The translations under genes were made by a program, and so were the position numbers. Shown one piece after another: positions 1 to 14,469 of a stretch of 64,000 bases of DNA (positions are counted from its first letter, which is position 1; each line of letters begins with the position of its first letter). The notes under the pieces were generated by a model. It was given only the letters and a program-made list of their open reading frames with translations. It ran no database searches and had not been told where the DNA came from. Source of the stretch: the human T2T-CHM13v2.0 reference genome, Homo sapiens. The stretch lies in NCBI RefSeq assembly GCF_009914755.1, contig NC_060930.1; one strand, written 5' to 3'.

Positions 1-233
1 TCGGCTCACTGCAAGCTCCGCCTCCCGGGTTCACGCCATTCTCCTGCCTCAGCCTCCCGAGTAGCTGGGACTACAGGCGCCCGCCATCACGCCCGGCTAA
101 TTTTTTTGTATTTTTAGTAGAGACAGGGTTTCACCGTGTTAGCCAGGATGGTCTCGATCTCCTGACCTCGTGATCCGCCCGCCTCGGCCTCCCAAAGTGC
201 TGGGATTACAAGCGTGAGCCACCGCGCCCGGCC
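1..233 (-). mobile_element. AluY SINE (runs off the window start)
   Basis: Reverse-complement Alu with AluY diagnostics (GCAAGCTCCGCC, TTCACGCCATTC, CCGTGTTAGCCAGGATGG); CpGs largely intact; ends ...CCCGGCC at 233. Confidence 0.95.
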
Positions 234-352
<119 letters not shown>

Positions 353-574
353 TCAAGAGCAGGTTTTGCTTAAGGCACAATCGCATATCTTCAAAATGCT
401 AAAGAGTCAAGGTGTGCTATGAACAAAACAACATTCAAAAGGTGGTTTTAAATCTCTGAGGAAAGTAATTTATATGATACCAAATTTCAGATAAAAACAG
501 AGCTTGTAGTCTTATGGACTGCGTCATTGGTAAATCAGCACTAAAATTTAAGTAACCATGCTGAACTTGAGTTT

Positions 575-712
575 AACATTTAAAATATTTGTTGTATTAA
601 ATCTATTGATGCTACTCTTTTTCACTTCTATACATGTATTTTCAACATTTAAATTATTTGTATTATTAAATCTATTGATGCTACTCTTTTTCACTCCTAT
701 GCATATATTTTC
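575..712. repeat. Tandem duplication, 2 x 69 bp
   Basis: 575-643 and 644-712 share TATTAAATCTATTGATGCTACTCTTTTTCACT; explains the repeated LNLLMLLFFT in ORF 558..743. Confidence 0.9.
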
Positions 713-1227
713 CTGGTTAAAACATCCAGCGAATAGAAACTGACGCAGGCCTTATTGACACATTGCTACTTGTCTCATAAGAACCTTCCAGTACTTTTTC
801 TTAAATGCATTAAACAACTTTTTTAAAAAAACAAAATGAGATAATACTATACATAGTTCAACAGTTGCTTTTTAATTATGTAAACAAATATACCCTGGAG
901 AGCTTTGATCTTATTTTTTTTTTATTCCGTCTACCTTTACACTTAGAAAGTCATCCTCTTGACAGCTGATTTTTTAAAATAAATGTTTAATATAATTTTT
1001 ATTAGCATTAAACTATTTAATCCATCTGGAATTTACTTAGCTATTTCATATGGAATAATTTACATTTATTGTTTTCTAATAGCTTATTATTCTCACTATT
1101 ATTAAAATAAGTCATTAAATTAAAATTATTCTGTAATACATATTAAATTCACCATTAAACATGATGGAAATGTAAAACACATTATTTTACAAGGGAATAT
1201 CTTGGCCTTCAGTCTCTTTATTTAACG

Positions 1228-2990
<1,763 letters not shown>

Positions 2991-4517
2991 TCCAAAGAGC
3001 TGGAGTTCTTGCTACTTAAAAATGTTTTATTTTAAAGAAGTAGAATAAAATTTTTGCCACATATCAAATATACTCTGAAAAGCATTCCAGAAAAAAAGTT
3101 ATATGGCATATAGACTTGCAGTAAGATGCAATAAAGTTAAAAAAAGTAGCACTGCTAACATTGTTGGTGATCACACTACCACTACACAGCTTTGTTTTTT
3201 TAAGCACTTTTATTTATGCTACTTTATAGCTAATCTAAAAACTAAGACCAAAATCAGTAGGAGAACATAATGTGTGTCACTAACATTTTAAACATTTCTG
3301 GAACACTTCATCCTTTTCTCACAATATTAAGAGTGAAGAAGAAAACAAATATAAAAATGGTACAAAACTATAATGCGGTTAAAAGCAAAACCGAAAGAAA
3401 TGCACTTGTGTTAAGATTTCTGCTTTGAATTTCAGCAGTCACTATTGGTATATTTTGAGCAATAAATATAATTTTTTTCTCAATGTTGATATGCCCTTAA
3501 TATATTTCCCTTTAAGTAAGTTGAAAATTTGACTGGTTTATTCAAGTGGCAGCATAATATCTTGGGAAAATAAGAAACAGGTTGAAAAAACATTAATAAA
3601 ACTTTAAAAATTTTCATTTATGATGTCAACATACAACTCCAGTCCTAAGGTCCACATGTATTACAAAAATAAATATGCACTTAAGTCATACTCTTTCCAT
3701 TAATGTTGAGCACACAAAGAATAGTTACACACTCTATATTTAATTATAATACAAAAGTATGACTTCCATCTGCATGTAGCAGAATGAATGGATTTAGGTG
3801 CACACAAATTTACATCTGGTATTCAAATACTAGAAGGGAGATTCTTTTTTTAACCACATCGGGCATCATGTAATTCCTCAATGTAAACTCAGTATAGTAG
3901 TGTATTTATTAAAGTTTAGAATAATTTTTAATATTTTCAGTTTCTCACATCTTTGTTTAAGTTCTGAGTCATAAGACTCCTTCTGTGTCACATAGACTTC
4001 TTACTTTATTTTGGAAATGCACATGTGAGGTTTCTTTTTACTGGAAAGTATACCTTGCATGGTTTTATTTAGCACTTAAATCTTATTTCATTTCTATGCA
4101 AGCACCTATTAACACTTTTAAGAACAGTATTTTCTCAATCTTTTCTGCCATCATTTTACTTTTGGAAAAGTTGCACTGTATTCCATAGTGGTAAAGTGCT
4201 CCTGTTTCTCTTATTTGGCCTTTAATTATTTAATTTAATGATATGGTAATTGGATATGGATGAAAAGGAATTATTTAAATCCTTGCAGTTTGGGAAGATT
4301 GTATGCAAGCTCAAGTTCCCTCAGAATTTATTGTTACTTTATTATTACAAGGATCCCTGACTGACTGAGGAAGCACAAGAAACCAGCTCAAGAGACGCAT
4401 TTTCAGGCTTCACAGAGAAAACAACCATATCTCAACTATATTCAAAATACAATTGCTCTTTTAGTGATAGTCTGGCCACTTTTACACCCTCTCAGTATTG
4501 CTCACCTATTGCACTAT

Positions 4518-4695
4518 CATGCGATTCTCAGTATTGGCCTTACATTGGAATCACCTGGGGAGATTTAAAAGTACAAATGGCTCAGTCGCACCCCAGACAT
4601 TCTGGTACAATGGATCTAGGATTCATCCTGGGCATTGAGATTTTTAAGATTCCCCTAAGTGATTCTAAGTTGCAGTAAAGTTTGATAACCACTAC
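4518..4695. mobile_element. MER5 (hAT-Charlie MITE, MER5B-like)
   Basis: ATTCTCA...ACATTGGAATCACCTGGGGAGATTTAAAA...GTGATTCTAAGTTGCAG...TTTGATAACCACT, typical MER5 internal palindromic layout. Confidence 0.8.
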
Positions 4696-5626
4696 CCTAG
4701 TAACTTCATCATGCCTCTCATTCTCCTTATCATTTTTTAAACCTTTTATCTTCAACATTATTTTTAAATAATTTCCACTTTTATTACATATTAAAGGGTA
4801 TATGTGCAGGTTTGTTACATGAGTATATTGTGTACAGCTGAGGTTTGAGGTACAATTGATCCTGTCACGCAGATAGTAAGCACAGTCCCCAATAGGTGGT
4901 TTTTCAGCCCATGCCCCTCTTGCCCCTTCTCCATCTAGTAGTACTCAGTGTGTATTGTTCCCATCTTTATGTCCATGTATATTCCACTTATAAGTGAAAA
5001 CATGTGGTATTTGGTTTTCTGCTCCTACATTTATTTGCTAAGGATAATGGCCTCCAGCTCCATCAATGTTGCTGTAAAGGACACAGTTGCATTTTTTTCA
5101 CGACTGCATAGTATTTCATGGTGTATGTGTACTACAGTTTCTTTATCCATTTCACCATTGATGGTCACATAGATTAATTCCATGTCTTTTCTATTGTGAA
5201 TAGTACATCAATGAATATACGAGTGCCTGTGTCTTTTTGGTAGAATGACTTGTCTTCTTTTGGCTTTACAGCCAGTAATGGAATTGCTTGGTTGAATGGT
5301 AGTTCTGTTTTAAGTTCTTTAGTAAATCTCCAAATTGCTTTCAATAGTGGCTAGTTTGCATTCGAGTTGCAAACTAGTTGTGTGCTTGTACACGCCAACA
5401 GTGTATAAGCATTCCTTTTTCTCCCCAGCCTTGCCAGCATCTGTTATTTTCTGACCTTTTAATACTCACCATTCTGGCTCATGTAATTTCTCTGATGATT
5501 AGAGATGTTGAGCATGTTTTCATATGTTTGTTGGCCACGTATCCATCTTCTTTTGAGAAGTGTTTGTTTATGTACTTTGGCCATTTTTAAATTGGAGTGT
5601 TTGCTTTTGCTTGTTGATTTAAGCTC

Positions 5627-5975
5627 TGATATGGTTTGGCTCTGTGTCCCCACCCAAATCTCATCTCGAATTGTAATCCCCACATGTCAAGGGAGGAAGG
5701 TGATTGGATCAGGAGAGTGGTTTCCCCCATGCTGTTCTTGTGATAGTGAGTTCTCATGAGAACTGATGGTTGTATAAGTGTTTGACAGTTCCTCCTTCAC
5801 ACAATTTCTCTCCTGCCATCTTGTGAAGAAAGTGCCTGCTTCTGCTTCTGCCATTATTGTAAGTTTCCTGAGGCTTCCGTACTATGAGGAACTGTGAATC
5901 ATTTAAATCTCTTTCCTTTATAAATTATCCAGTTTCAGATATTTCTTTATAACAGTGTGAAAATGGACAAATAAA
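5627..5975 (+). mobile_element. THE1D solo LTR (ERVL-MaLR) nested in the L1
   Basis: TGATATGGTTTGGCTCTGTGTCCCCACCCAAATCTCATCTCGAATTG start; 5-bp TSD AGCTC/AGCTT. Confidence 0.9.
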
Positions 5976-6479
5976 AGCTTCTTGTGGATTTTGAATATTA
6001 GACCTCTGTCAGATGCATAGTTTGCAAATATTCTCCTCCATTTTCTAGGCTGTCTGTTTACTCTGTTGGTAATTTCTTATGCTATACAGAAGCTCTTTAG
6101 TTTAATTAAGTCCCACTTATCAATATTTGTTTTTGTTGCATTGCTTCTGGGGACTTAGCAATAAATTATTTGCCAAAGCTGATATAGAGAGGTTTGTTTC
6201 CTAGGTTTTCTTCTAAAAATTTTACTCTTTGAGGTCTTACATTTTACCTTTAATTCATCTTGAGTTAATTTCCATGTATGGTGAAAAGCAAGGCATCAGT
6301 TTCATTCTCCTACATATGGCTAGCCAGTTGTCACACCACCATTTATTGAATAGGGGGTCCTTTTGCCAATGCTTATTGTCATTGATTTTGTTGAAGATCA
6401 GATGGCTGTAGGTATGTGAGTTTATTTCTAGGCTTTCTATTCTATTCCGTTGGTCTATGTGTCTATTTTTGTACTAGTA

Positions 6480-6725
6480 TCATACTGTTTTGATTACTGT
6501 AGCCTCATAGTATAGTTTGAAGTTAGGTAATGCAATGCCTCCTGTTTTGTTCTTTTTGCTTGGGATTGCTTTGGCTATTTGGGCTGTTTTCTGGTTCCAT
6601 ATAAATTTTAGGATAGTTTTCTCTAGTTCTGTGAAAAATGACACTGGCAGTTTGATAGGAATAGAGTTGAATCTGTAGATTGCTTTAGGCAGTATGGCCA
6701 TTTTAATAATACGGATTTTTTCCAT
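6480..6725 (-). pseudogene. L1 ORF2p fragment (downstream of the RT core), non-functional
   Basis: [39 protein letters not shown] is canonical L1 ORF2p; surrounded by stops and frameshifts. Confidence 0.9.
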
Positions 6726-8361
6726 TTATAAGCATGGAATACTTTTCCATTTGTTTGTGTCATTTATGATTTCTTTAAGGAGCGTTTTGTAGTTCTCCAT
6801 GTAGAGATATTTCCCTTCCTTGGTTAGATATATTCCTAGGTATTTTACTATTTTTGTGGCTATTGTAAATGGGATTGCATTCTTGATTCAGCTCTAAGCT
6901 TGGACACTATTGGTGTATAAAAATGCTACTGATTTTTGTATATTGATTTTGTATCTTGAAACTTTAGTGAAATAGTTTATCAGTTCCAGGGGCCTTTTGG
7001 CAGAGTCTTTTCAGATTTTCTAGGTGTAGAATCATATCATCAGTGAGCTTGACTTCTTTTTATATTTGAATGTCTTTTATTTCATTTTCTTGCCTGCTTT
7101 CTCTGGCTAGCACTTCCAGTACTATGTTGAATACAAGTGGTGAAAGTGAGCATCCTTATCTTGTTCCAGTTCTCAAGGAGAACGTTCCAGCTTTTGCTCA
7201 TTCATCTATATGTTTTCCATAGATGGCTCTTGTTATTTTGAAGTATGCTTGTTTGATAGCCAGTCTGTTGAGAGTTTTTATCATGAAAGCATGTCGGATT
7301 ATATCAAAGGTGTTTTTCTCTACATCTATTGTGATGACCATATGGTCTTTTTTTAAATCTGTTTATGTGGGGAATCCCATTTATTAATTTGGGCATGTTG
7401 AAGCAGTCCTACACCCCAGGATTAAAGCCTGCTTGATTGTGGCGAATTAACTTTTTGATGTGCTGCTGAATTTGGTTTGCTAATATTTTGTCAAGGATTT
7501 TTATATCTATGTTTATCAGGGATATTGGCTTGAAGTTTCCTTTTTTCATTGTATTTTTGCCAGATTTTGGTACCAGGGTGATGTTGGCTTCATAGAGTAA
7601 TTTAGGGAGGAGCCCCTACTCCCTTATTTTTTGGAATAGTTTCAATAGGATTCGTATTAGTTTTTCTTTGTACATGTGGTGAAATTCAGCTGTGAATTCA
7701 TATGGACCAGGGTTGCCTTTGGTTGGTATTGTTTTTTTTTTCAATTACTGATTTAATTTCTGAACTTGTTATTGGTCTGTTCAGGTTTTCACTTTTCTCC
7801 TGGTTCAATCTTAAGAAGTCCTTTGTTTCCAGGAATACACTGATTTCCTCTAGAGTTTCTAATTTGTGTAAGTAGAGGTGTTAATACCAGTCTCTGAGAT
7901 TTTTTTTTATTTCTGTGGGAATGGTTGTGATGTCATGTTTGTTATTTCTGATTGTGCTTATTTGAATGTTTTCTTTTATTTTTCTTTGTTAATCTAGCTA
8001 GTGATCTATCAGTGTTGTTAATTTTTTGAAGAAGCAAATCTTGGTTTCATTGTATGAACTGTTGGGTCTTGATTTTGTTCAGTTCTTTGATTTTAGTTAT
8101 TTCTTTCCTTCTATCTATAGATTTGGGGTTGGGCTGCTCTTTTTTTTTTCTAGTTCCTCTAGATGCGATGAAGGCATTAATTCTTATAAACTTTCCACTT
8201 AACACAGTTTTAATTTTATCTCAAAGATTTTGTTAATTTGTGTTGCTGTTTTTGAATAATGTTTTGCTTTTTCTCTTATTTTGAATTCACTGAGACTTGT
8301 TTTATGGCCAAGCATGTGGTTGATCTTAGAATACATTTCATGTGCAGATGAGAAGACTATA

Positions 8362-8441
8362 TTAGGTTGGTGCAAAGGTAATTGCGGCTTTTGCCATTGA
8401 AAGTAATGGGAAAAACCACATTTGCTTTTGCATAAATCTAA
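8362..8441. mobile_element. MADE1 (Hsmar1-derived mariner MITE) nested in the L1
   Basis: 80-bp quasi-palindrome TTAGGTTGGTGCAAAGGTAATTGCGG...TTTTGCATAAATCTAA with TA target duplication. Confidence 0.92.
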
Positions 8442-9314
8442 TATAGTCTGTGGCTGTTGGGTGGAGGATTATGTAGATGTCTATCAGGTCAAATTAATCA
8501 AGTTTTGAGTTTAAGTCCAGAATTTCTTTGTTAATTTTCTGCCTCAATAATCTAATGCTGTCATTGGGGTGTTGACATCCCCCACTATTAACATGTGTCT
8601 GTCTAAGTCTTTGTATAGTCAAGAACTTGCTTTATAAATCTGGGTGTTCTAGTGTTGGGTGTGTATATATTTAGGATAGTTAAATCTTCTTGTTGAATTC
8701 AACCCTTTATCATTATATAATGCCCTTCTTTGTCCTTCCCGATTGTTGTTGGTTTAAAGTCTGTTTTACCTGATGTAAGAATGACTCCTGCTCTTCTCTG
8801 TTTCCCATTCATAGGACAGATTATTCTTCATCTCTTTACTTTGAGCCTGCGAGTGTCTTTACATGTGAGATATTTACATGTGAGATATGCCTTTTGAAGT
8901 CAGCAGAGAGATGTGTGTTTTTTTTGTTTCGTTTTGTTTTTTTCTGGCTTACCACTTTATGCCTTTTAAGTGAAGTGGTTAGACCAGTTGCATTCAGGGT
9001 TAGTATTGATATATGAGATTTTGATCCTCTTTGTGTTGTTGGCTGTTTGTTTTGTAAACTTAATTGTGTAATTGCTTTATACTGTCTGAAGACTATATGT
9101 TTGAGTGTGTTTCTGTTGTTGCAGGTTTCGATCTTTCGTTTCCACGTTTAGCACTCCCTTAAGGACCTCTTGTAAGGCTGATCTGGTGTCAGTGAATTCC
9201 TTTAGTGCTTGCTTATCGGAGAAATATTTTACTTCTCATTTGCTTATGAAGCTTAGTTTGGTGGGATATGAGATTCTTGGTTGGAATTTCTTTTCTTTAA
9301 AAATGCTGAAAATA

Positions 9315-9606
9315 GGCCAGGCGTAGTGGCTCACACCTGTAATCCCAGCACTTTGGGAGGCAGAGGCGGGCGGATCACGAGGTCAGGAGACCGAGACCAT
9401 CCTAACACGGTGAAACCCCGTCTCTACTAAAAATACAAAAAATCAGCCAGGTGAGGTGGCATGTGCCTGTAGTCTCAGTTACTCAAGAGGCTAAGGCAGG
9501 AGAATCGCTTCAACCCGGGAGGCGGAGGTTCCAGTGAGCAGAGATCGCACCACTGCACTCCAACCTGGGCGACAGAGCGAGACTCTGTCTCAAAAACAAA
9601 CAAACA
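9315..9606 (+). mobile_element. Alu (AluSc-like) nested in L1 ORF1
   Basis: Full dimer with (CAAA)n tail; TSD AAAAATGCTGAAAATA / AAAAATGCTGGAAATA. Confidence 0.95.
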
Positions 9607-9715
9607 AAAAATGCTGGAAATAGATCCCCAATCTCTTCTGATTCTCAAGGTTACTGCTGAGAGGTCTGCCGCTAGCCTGATGGGGTTTCATTTGTAGGTA
9701 ATCTTACCTTTGTTT

Positions 9716-9934
9716 CTAGCTGCCTTTAAGATTTTTTCCTCTGTGTTGAACTTGGCAAATATGACGACTATGCCTTGGGGATGGACACATTATGTAGTAT
9801 CTCACAGGGGTTCTCTGTATCTCTTGATTTTGTATGTCCTCTTCTCTAACAAAATTGGGGAAAGTTTCATGGACTATATCCTCAACTATATTTTCCAAGT
9901 TGCTTGTTCTCTCTCTTTCTTTCAGGAATGCCAA
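9716..9934 (-). pseudogene. L1 ORF1p fragment, non-functional
   Basis: NLENIVEDIVHETFPNF...IQNQEIQRTPVRY resembles the ORF1p segment LENTLQDIIQENFPNLARQANIQIQEIQRTP. Confidence 0.85.
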
Positions 9935-11899
9935 TAATTTGCATATTTCATCTCTTTACACAATCCCACATTTCTCGAAGCTTTTGCTTATTTTTAAAAA
10001 TTATTTTTTATTTTTATCTTACTGAGCTGGTTTAAAGAACTGGTATTCGAGGTTTGAGATTTTTTGCCTTAGCTTGATCTATCCTGCTGTTAATGCTTTT
10101 AATTGCATTATGAAATTCTTGAAGTAAATTCTTCAGTTCCAGAAATTCAGTTCGGTTCTTTCTCAAAATGGCTATTTCATCTTTCAGGTCCTGGATCACT
10201 TTACTGTTTTTGTTTGTTTATTTGTTTGTTTGTTTTGCATTTCTTGGTTTGCATTTCAACTTTCTCCTGGATCTCAGTGAGCTTCCTTGCCCTCTAGACT
10301 CTGAAGTGTATGTCTATTATTTCAGTCATCTCAATCTGGTTAAGAACCATTTCTGGGGAATTAGTGTGTTGTTTGGAGATAAGGAGACACACTGGCTTTT
10401 TGAATTGCCAGAGTTCTTGCACTGATTATTTCCCATACATGAGGGCTGGTATTCCTTTAACTGTGATGTAAGTTGAATATAGTCAATTGGATTCTTTTCT
10501 GGGTGTTTTCAGTGGGCCAACACTCTGCTGAATCTTTATTTGTGGCTGGAATTTTGCCTTAGTTTTCACAGGTGCTGTATACTGGTAAAATATTTTGGTG
10601 TTGTATTTTGGACTGCGATACAGTTGGTAGCGTTTGAGATTTGTGGCCTGCAGATAGGCTGTTAGTCGCATGGTTCTGTTGTATTTTGGCAAGTTCACAG
10701 TCGTGTTCTGTGTCGTGGGGAGAAAGAAATAACCCTTCACTTGGTCCACTCCTGAGCATTGGAAGAACACCCTCTAGTCACTGGCTCTACATCCATGTTT
10801 CTTTTGTTGGTTGTTCTGGTCTGCAGGGCTCCCTCAGTCAGGGGCCACAGTTGGTAGTCATTTATACCCTTCTGGCCTGGCCCTGCAAAGGGAGGAATGC
10901 TTCGCTCCCTTGCAGGCCCATGAACGTGGGCACCTCACCCCTCTCAGTGTTCTGAGAGTGAGGGCTCTCCCCTTGCTTGGGCGCCACCCGAGCCAGTGTG
11001 TTGTAACAGGCTAGGAGCAGCAGAGGTGGATGGAGTCAGCTAATCTAGCGACACTCCTGCCCACAAAGTTCCGGCGGAATCAGGTCCGCTGTGCTGAAAG
11101 CTCCAGCAAGTGTAATCTGCTGGGTCATGTACGGCGGAGGATGGGTGGAGTCGCCTGGCTCTGCCATTCGGGTGCTTCCTGGGGGAACAAGGACCGGCAC
11201 TGGCAGAAGTGAGACCATTGTGCTGGAAGCTGGCTCAAGCTGGTGAGGCAGACTGGAGCAATCTTACTGCTCCTGGACATCATGACTGTGGCCTCTATTG
11301 GGGCTATGGCAGCTGGTGCCTGGCTGCACAGTGTCCAAGGCCCGTGTAGGTCCCTGTGGTCTTGAGTGTTGCCTCCGCAAAAACTCCGACTGCTCTCTAT
11401 GTCAGTCTAGAGGCCCCTGGAGCTAGGGAGATTCTCCTGTTCCCAGGCATGCACAGCTCCCTTTGGGAAGTGTGGATCCCCTGGGGGCTCTCACTTAGCA
11501 TTTCCCCTATGTGGAGCTGGCCAATCCCCGATGGGTTGCAGCCCAACTTTGCATTTCCCTGTTGTCTGTGTCCCCTCACTCCCTTGATGGGTCTCGAAAT
11601 GAAATGGTTTCTTAGATGGTCGGCTGGCAGGGTCAATGTTTACTATTTCATTTCTTCTCCCTGAGAGCCACGCACACTAGCTGCTTCTATAATAATCCAC
11701 CATCTTGATTCTCCGCCTCATTTTTTTCACACTGAATCTCACTCTTACTCAATTCCTCAGCTTCAATTTGTCTGCTACAACTTTTTTTATACTAACTTCC
11801 CTTTGTGTGGTTTTGTGTTTTCACAACTAAAGCTCTCAGTGAGGAAAAATGTATGATCACAGCCAATCAGCTACAGCCAAGGTTTTAGGGGTAAAAATC

Positions 11900-12377
11900 T
11901 GAAAGAAGAAGCTGAGGCACAAAATATGATTTTAAAGAGTTTACTTAAGCCAAGTAACGTTAGGACAGCTGCTTGGGGAACACTTCCAAGTTACCTTGAG
12001 AAGTGCTCTGGAGAACAAAAGAGAGACTGGAGCTTTTAAAGAAAAAAGGACAAATCAGGAGAGGGGGGATTACAAACGTTGTTTTTCAGGAATTCTCATT
12101 GGTTTAAAGATCTATAACACTGATTAATAATTGGCTAGACGTTGTTGAACCACAGCGTGTAAGTTATGATGCCCAGCATATGACATCATTAGGTTAATTT
12201 ATGAGTATTGTGGCAATATTCAGTCTAAAGTCCATGCAGCAGGTGGCTTCAAGAGGATGATTACTCAGCTCAAGAGGGTTAGTGGGATGTGACTCCTACC
12301 TCATTCCTATGCCTCTCTGGGCCTGATAATTTAAAGGGGGCTGCATTCCTCAGATAAAAAGTTTCTTTTCTTTCTCA
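11900..12377 (-). mobile_element. ERV1 (MER4-group) solo LTR, subfamily uncertain
   Basis: TG...CA termini; the minus strand starts TGAGAAAGAAAAGAAACTTTTTATCTGAGGAATGCAGCCCCCTTTAAATTATCAGGCCCAGAGAGGC, typical of MER4-group LTRs. Confidence 0.7.
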
Positions 12378-13810
12378 GGGGACAGAACAAAAAGCACATT
12401 AATTTATGCTCAAAGAATAGCTCGTGGTTGCTTTTGTCAGAAAATGGCTGTGGATATGGTAGGCACTCTGAGTCAATAGACTCTTCCACACAGCCAATAT
12501 TTACTCACTTGATATGTAAAGAGGTCTCTCTAATGACAATGATAGGTATAACAATTTTTGAATGCTTCATATGAATTCAGGTGCGTATTATAATAGAGGA
12601 AAGTAACAGTTAAATGTTGAAAGCATTTTCTTATTTGAATCTACTTTGAGATAGTTATAAAGTAAGATTTTATGCCCACATCTGTTAGCATATAAGAAAG
12701 AATATTTTCTTTGTTATTTTTATGAAATTGGCTTAATATTAACATAGCAACAATGTATAATTCTTGTTTTTAATATAATCACCATTGCGCTTCAGGGGAA
12801 TCACTGTGATTATTGCAGGATTCACAGAGATTCCTTTCTTTATTTATCCCAGGGCTTTTACTTGTAAACTTATTTAATACAAAATATACTGCATTGGAGA
12901 TGGTTCCACAAAGCTCTATTTAATGTTGATTCTGCAATTCTACCATGATTTGGCCAACTTAGAAATGAATCAAAGAAAATCTTCTGAAGCTTATCACTTT
13001 TCAAATCAAATGGATGAACTGTATACATGTTAGAAAAATGTCTGCTACTTTTTCTGTGGTTTAGTCTACTGGTTCTGAGAAGTCCTAGGGACCATTTGTG
13101 TCACCATACGATTATCCCTTTCTTCAAGGTGAAATGTACAAAGAACTCAAATCAACTACATTATTTTAAAAGAGAAGCAACAGAGGAAATAAATGTTCAG
13201 TTTCACTATATTGCATCATTTCACATGGCTATTTAGGGGAAGAGGAACAAAACGTAATATAGTCCCTTTTATAAAATTGTATTATAAACTACAACTATAT
13301 ATGTAAATATATATTGAAAACATGTGATTTATTTTACTTCTATGATTTTGAGACCTGTTGTTGTTACATTTCTCTTCTAAACTGTTTTGTTGCTTTTATC
13401 ATGTGAATGTTATTTAGTATGAGTCCAGAGTAACTATTTAGTTCTGATCAATATACTATTTGTCTTTTGTTTGCAGGTCAACAAATATTTGGTTCTATTT
13501 CAGAATGCTTTTTCAGGGTTTAGTAAATACAGTTCTATGGCTATGATATAAAGCAAATGAAAATACATTGGTAACACAAGATTAACAAAAAATAGAATGC
13601 CATACTCTACTTATCCATAATACTATGGTCAGGAGGCTGCTTATATCTCAGATGAAGAAAGTGATGATGAACTGTACATCAACTCTTTACATTACCTTTT
13701 CCATCCTTTATACAGTGTTAAGACAATGACAAACACTAATTTGACAATACAGTGTTCCAAAAGATACTGCAAATATTACATATATGCACATTACATATTT
13801 ATAATTATAT

Positions 13811-14390
13811 ATTCATTTTCTCATTCCCAAAATATTTCTTGAGCATCTACTATGTTCTAGTAACCACATTCCAGGAATCAGTTTATCTGAGATAACAAAA
13901 CAAATGAGGTCTGTGTCTTCCCAGAGCTTATATTCCTGAGGGGAAATCAGGCAGTAAATGAATTAAAAATACATTAACAAAACAATTGAAAGTATAAATT
14001 TCTCTGAAGTAGATTAAAAAATGGCGAAGAAATTTGGGGAAGCCAGATAGAATAGTGAAAGGACATCTTAAGAAGTGATACATGAGCTGCACTGAAGGGA
14101 AACAAGGAACTAATTAATTATACATAGAATTCTGGGAAGAACATTTATAAAAGAAGGGATAACAAGAGCAAAAATGGAGAGATGGAAATAGCTGGGATGT
14201 CCACAAAACGGAAAGTAGATCAATGTAGTTGGAAAATAGGAAGCCAGTAGAAGCATGTTTAAATTGTTGTTGGAGTCAGAGTCAAGAGCCAGAGCCTACA
14301 GGGCCTTATAAGTGATGTTAGGAGTTTGTACTGATGCAATACAGTGCACCATGGAATGATTTTAAGTGGAAGAAACCTGGTACAATTTAT
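13811..14390 (-). mobile_element. L2 LINE 3' fragment
   Basis: ATTCATT...AATATTTCTTGAGCATCTACTATGTTCTAG...CCCAGAGCTTATATTCC matches the antisense L2 3' end. Confidence 0.7.
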
Positions 14391-14469
14391 TCAAAAAGCT
14401 TCCTTATTATACCTCTGGAAATAATTTTATTATTAAATTAGTAAAAACATAAATAAGTAAACAGCTAGT

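Larger units (their letters stand above)
4740..11714 (-). mobile_element. Near full-length degenerate LINE-1 (L1PA15/16-like) with internal deletions
   Basis: Antisense 3' end (GTATATGTGCAGGTTTGTTACATG) near 4.8 kb; ORF2 homology (6480..6725); ORF1 homology (9716..9934); 5'UTR ending with the antisense YY1-type start CCATCTTG at 11700-11707; possible TSD TCATTTTTT on both sides. Confidence 0.9.
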
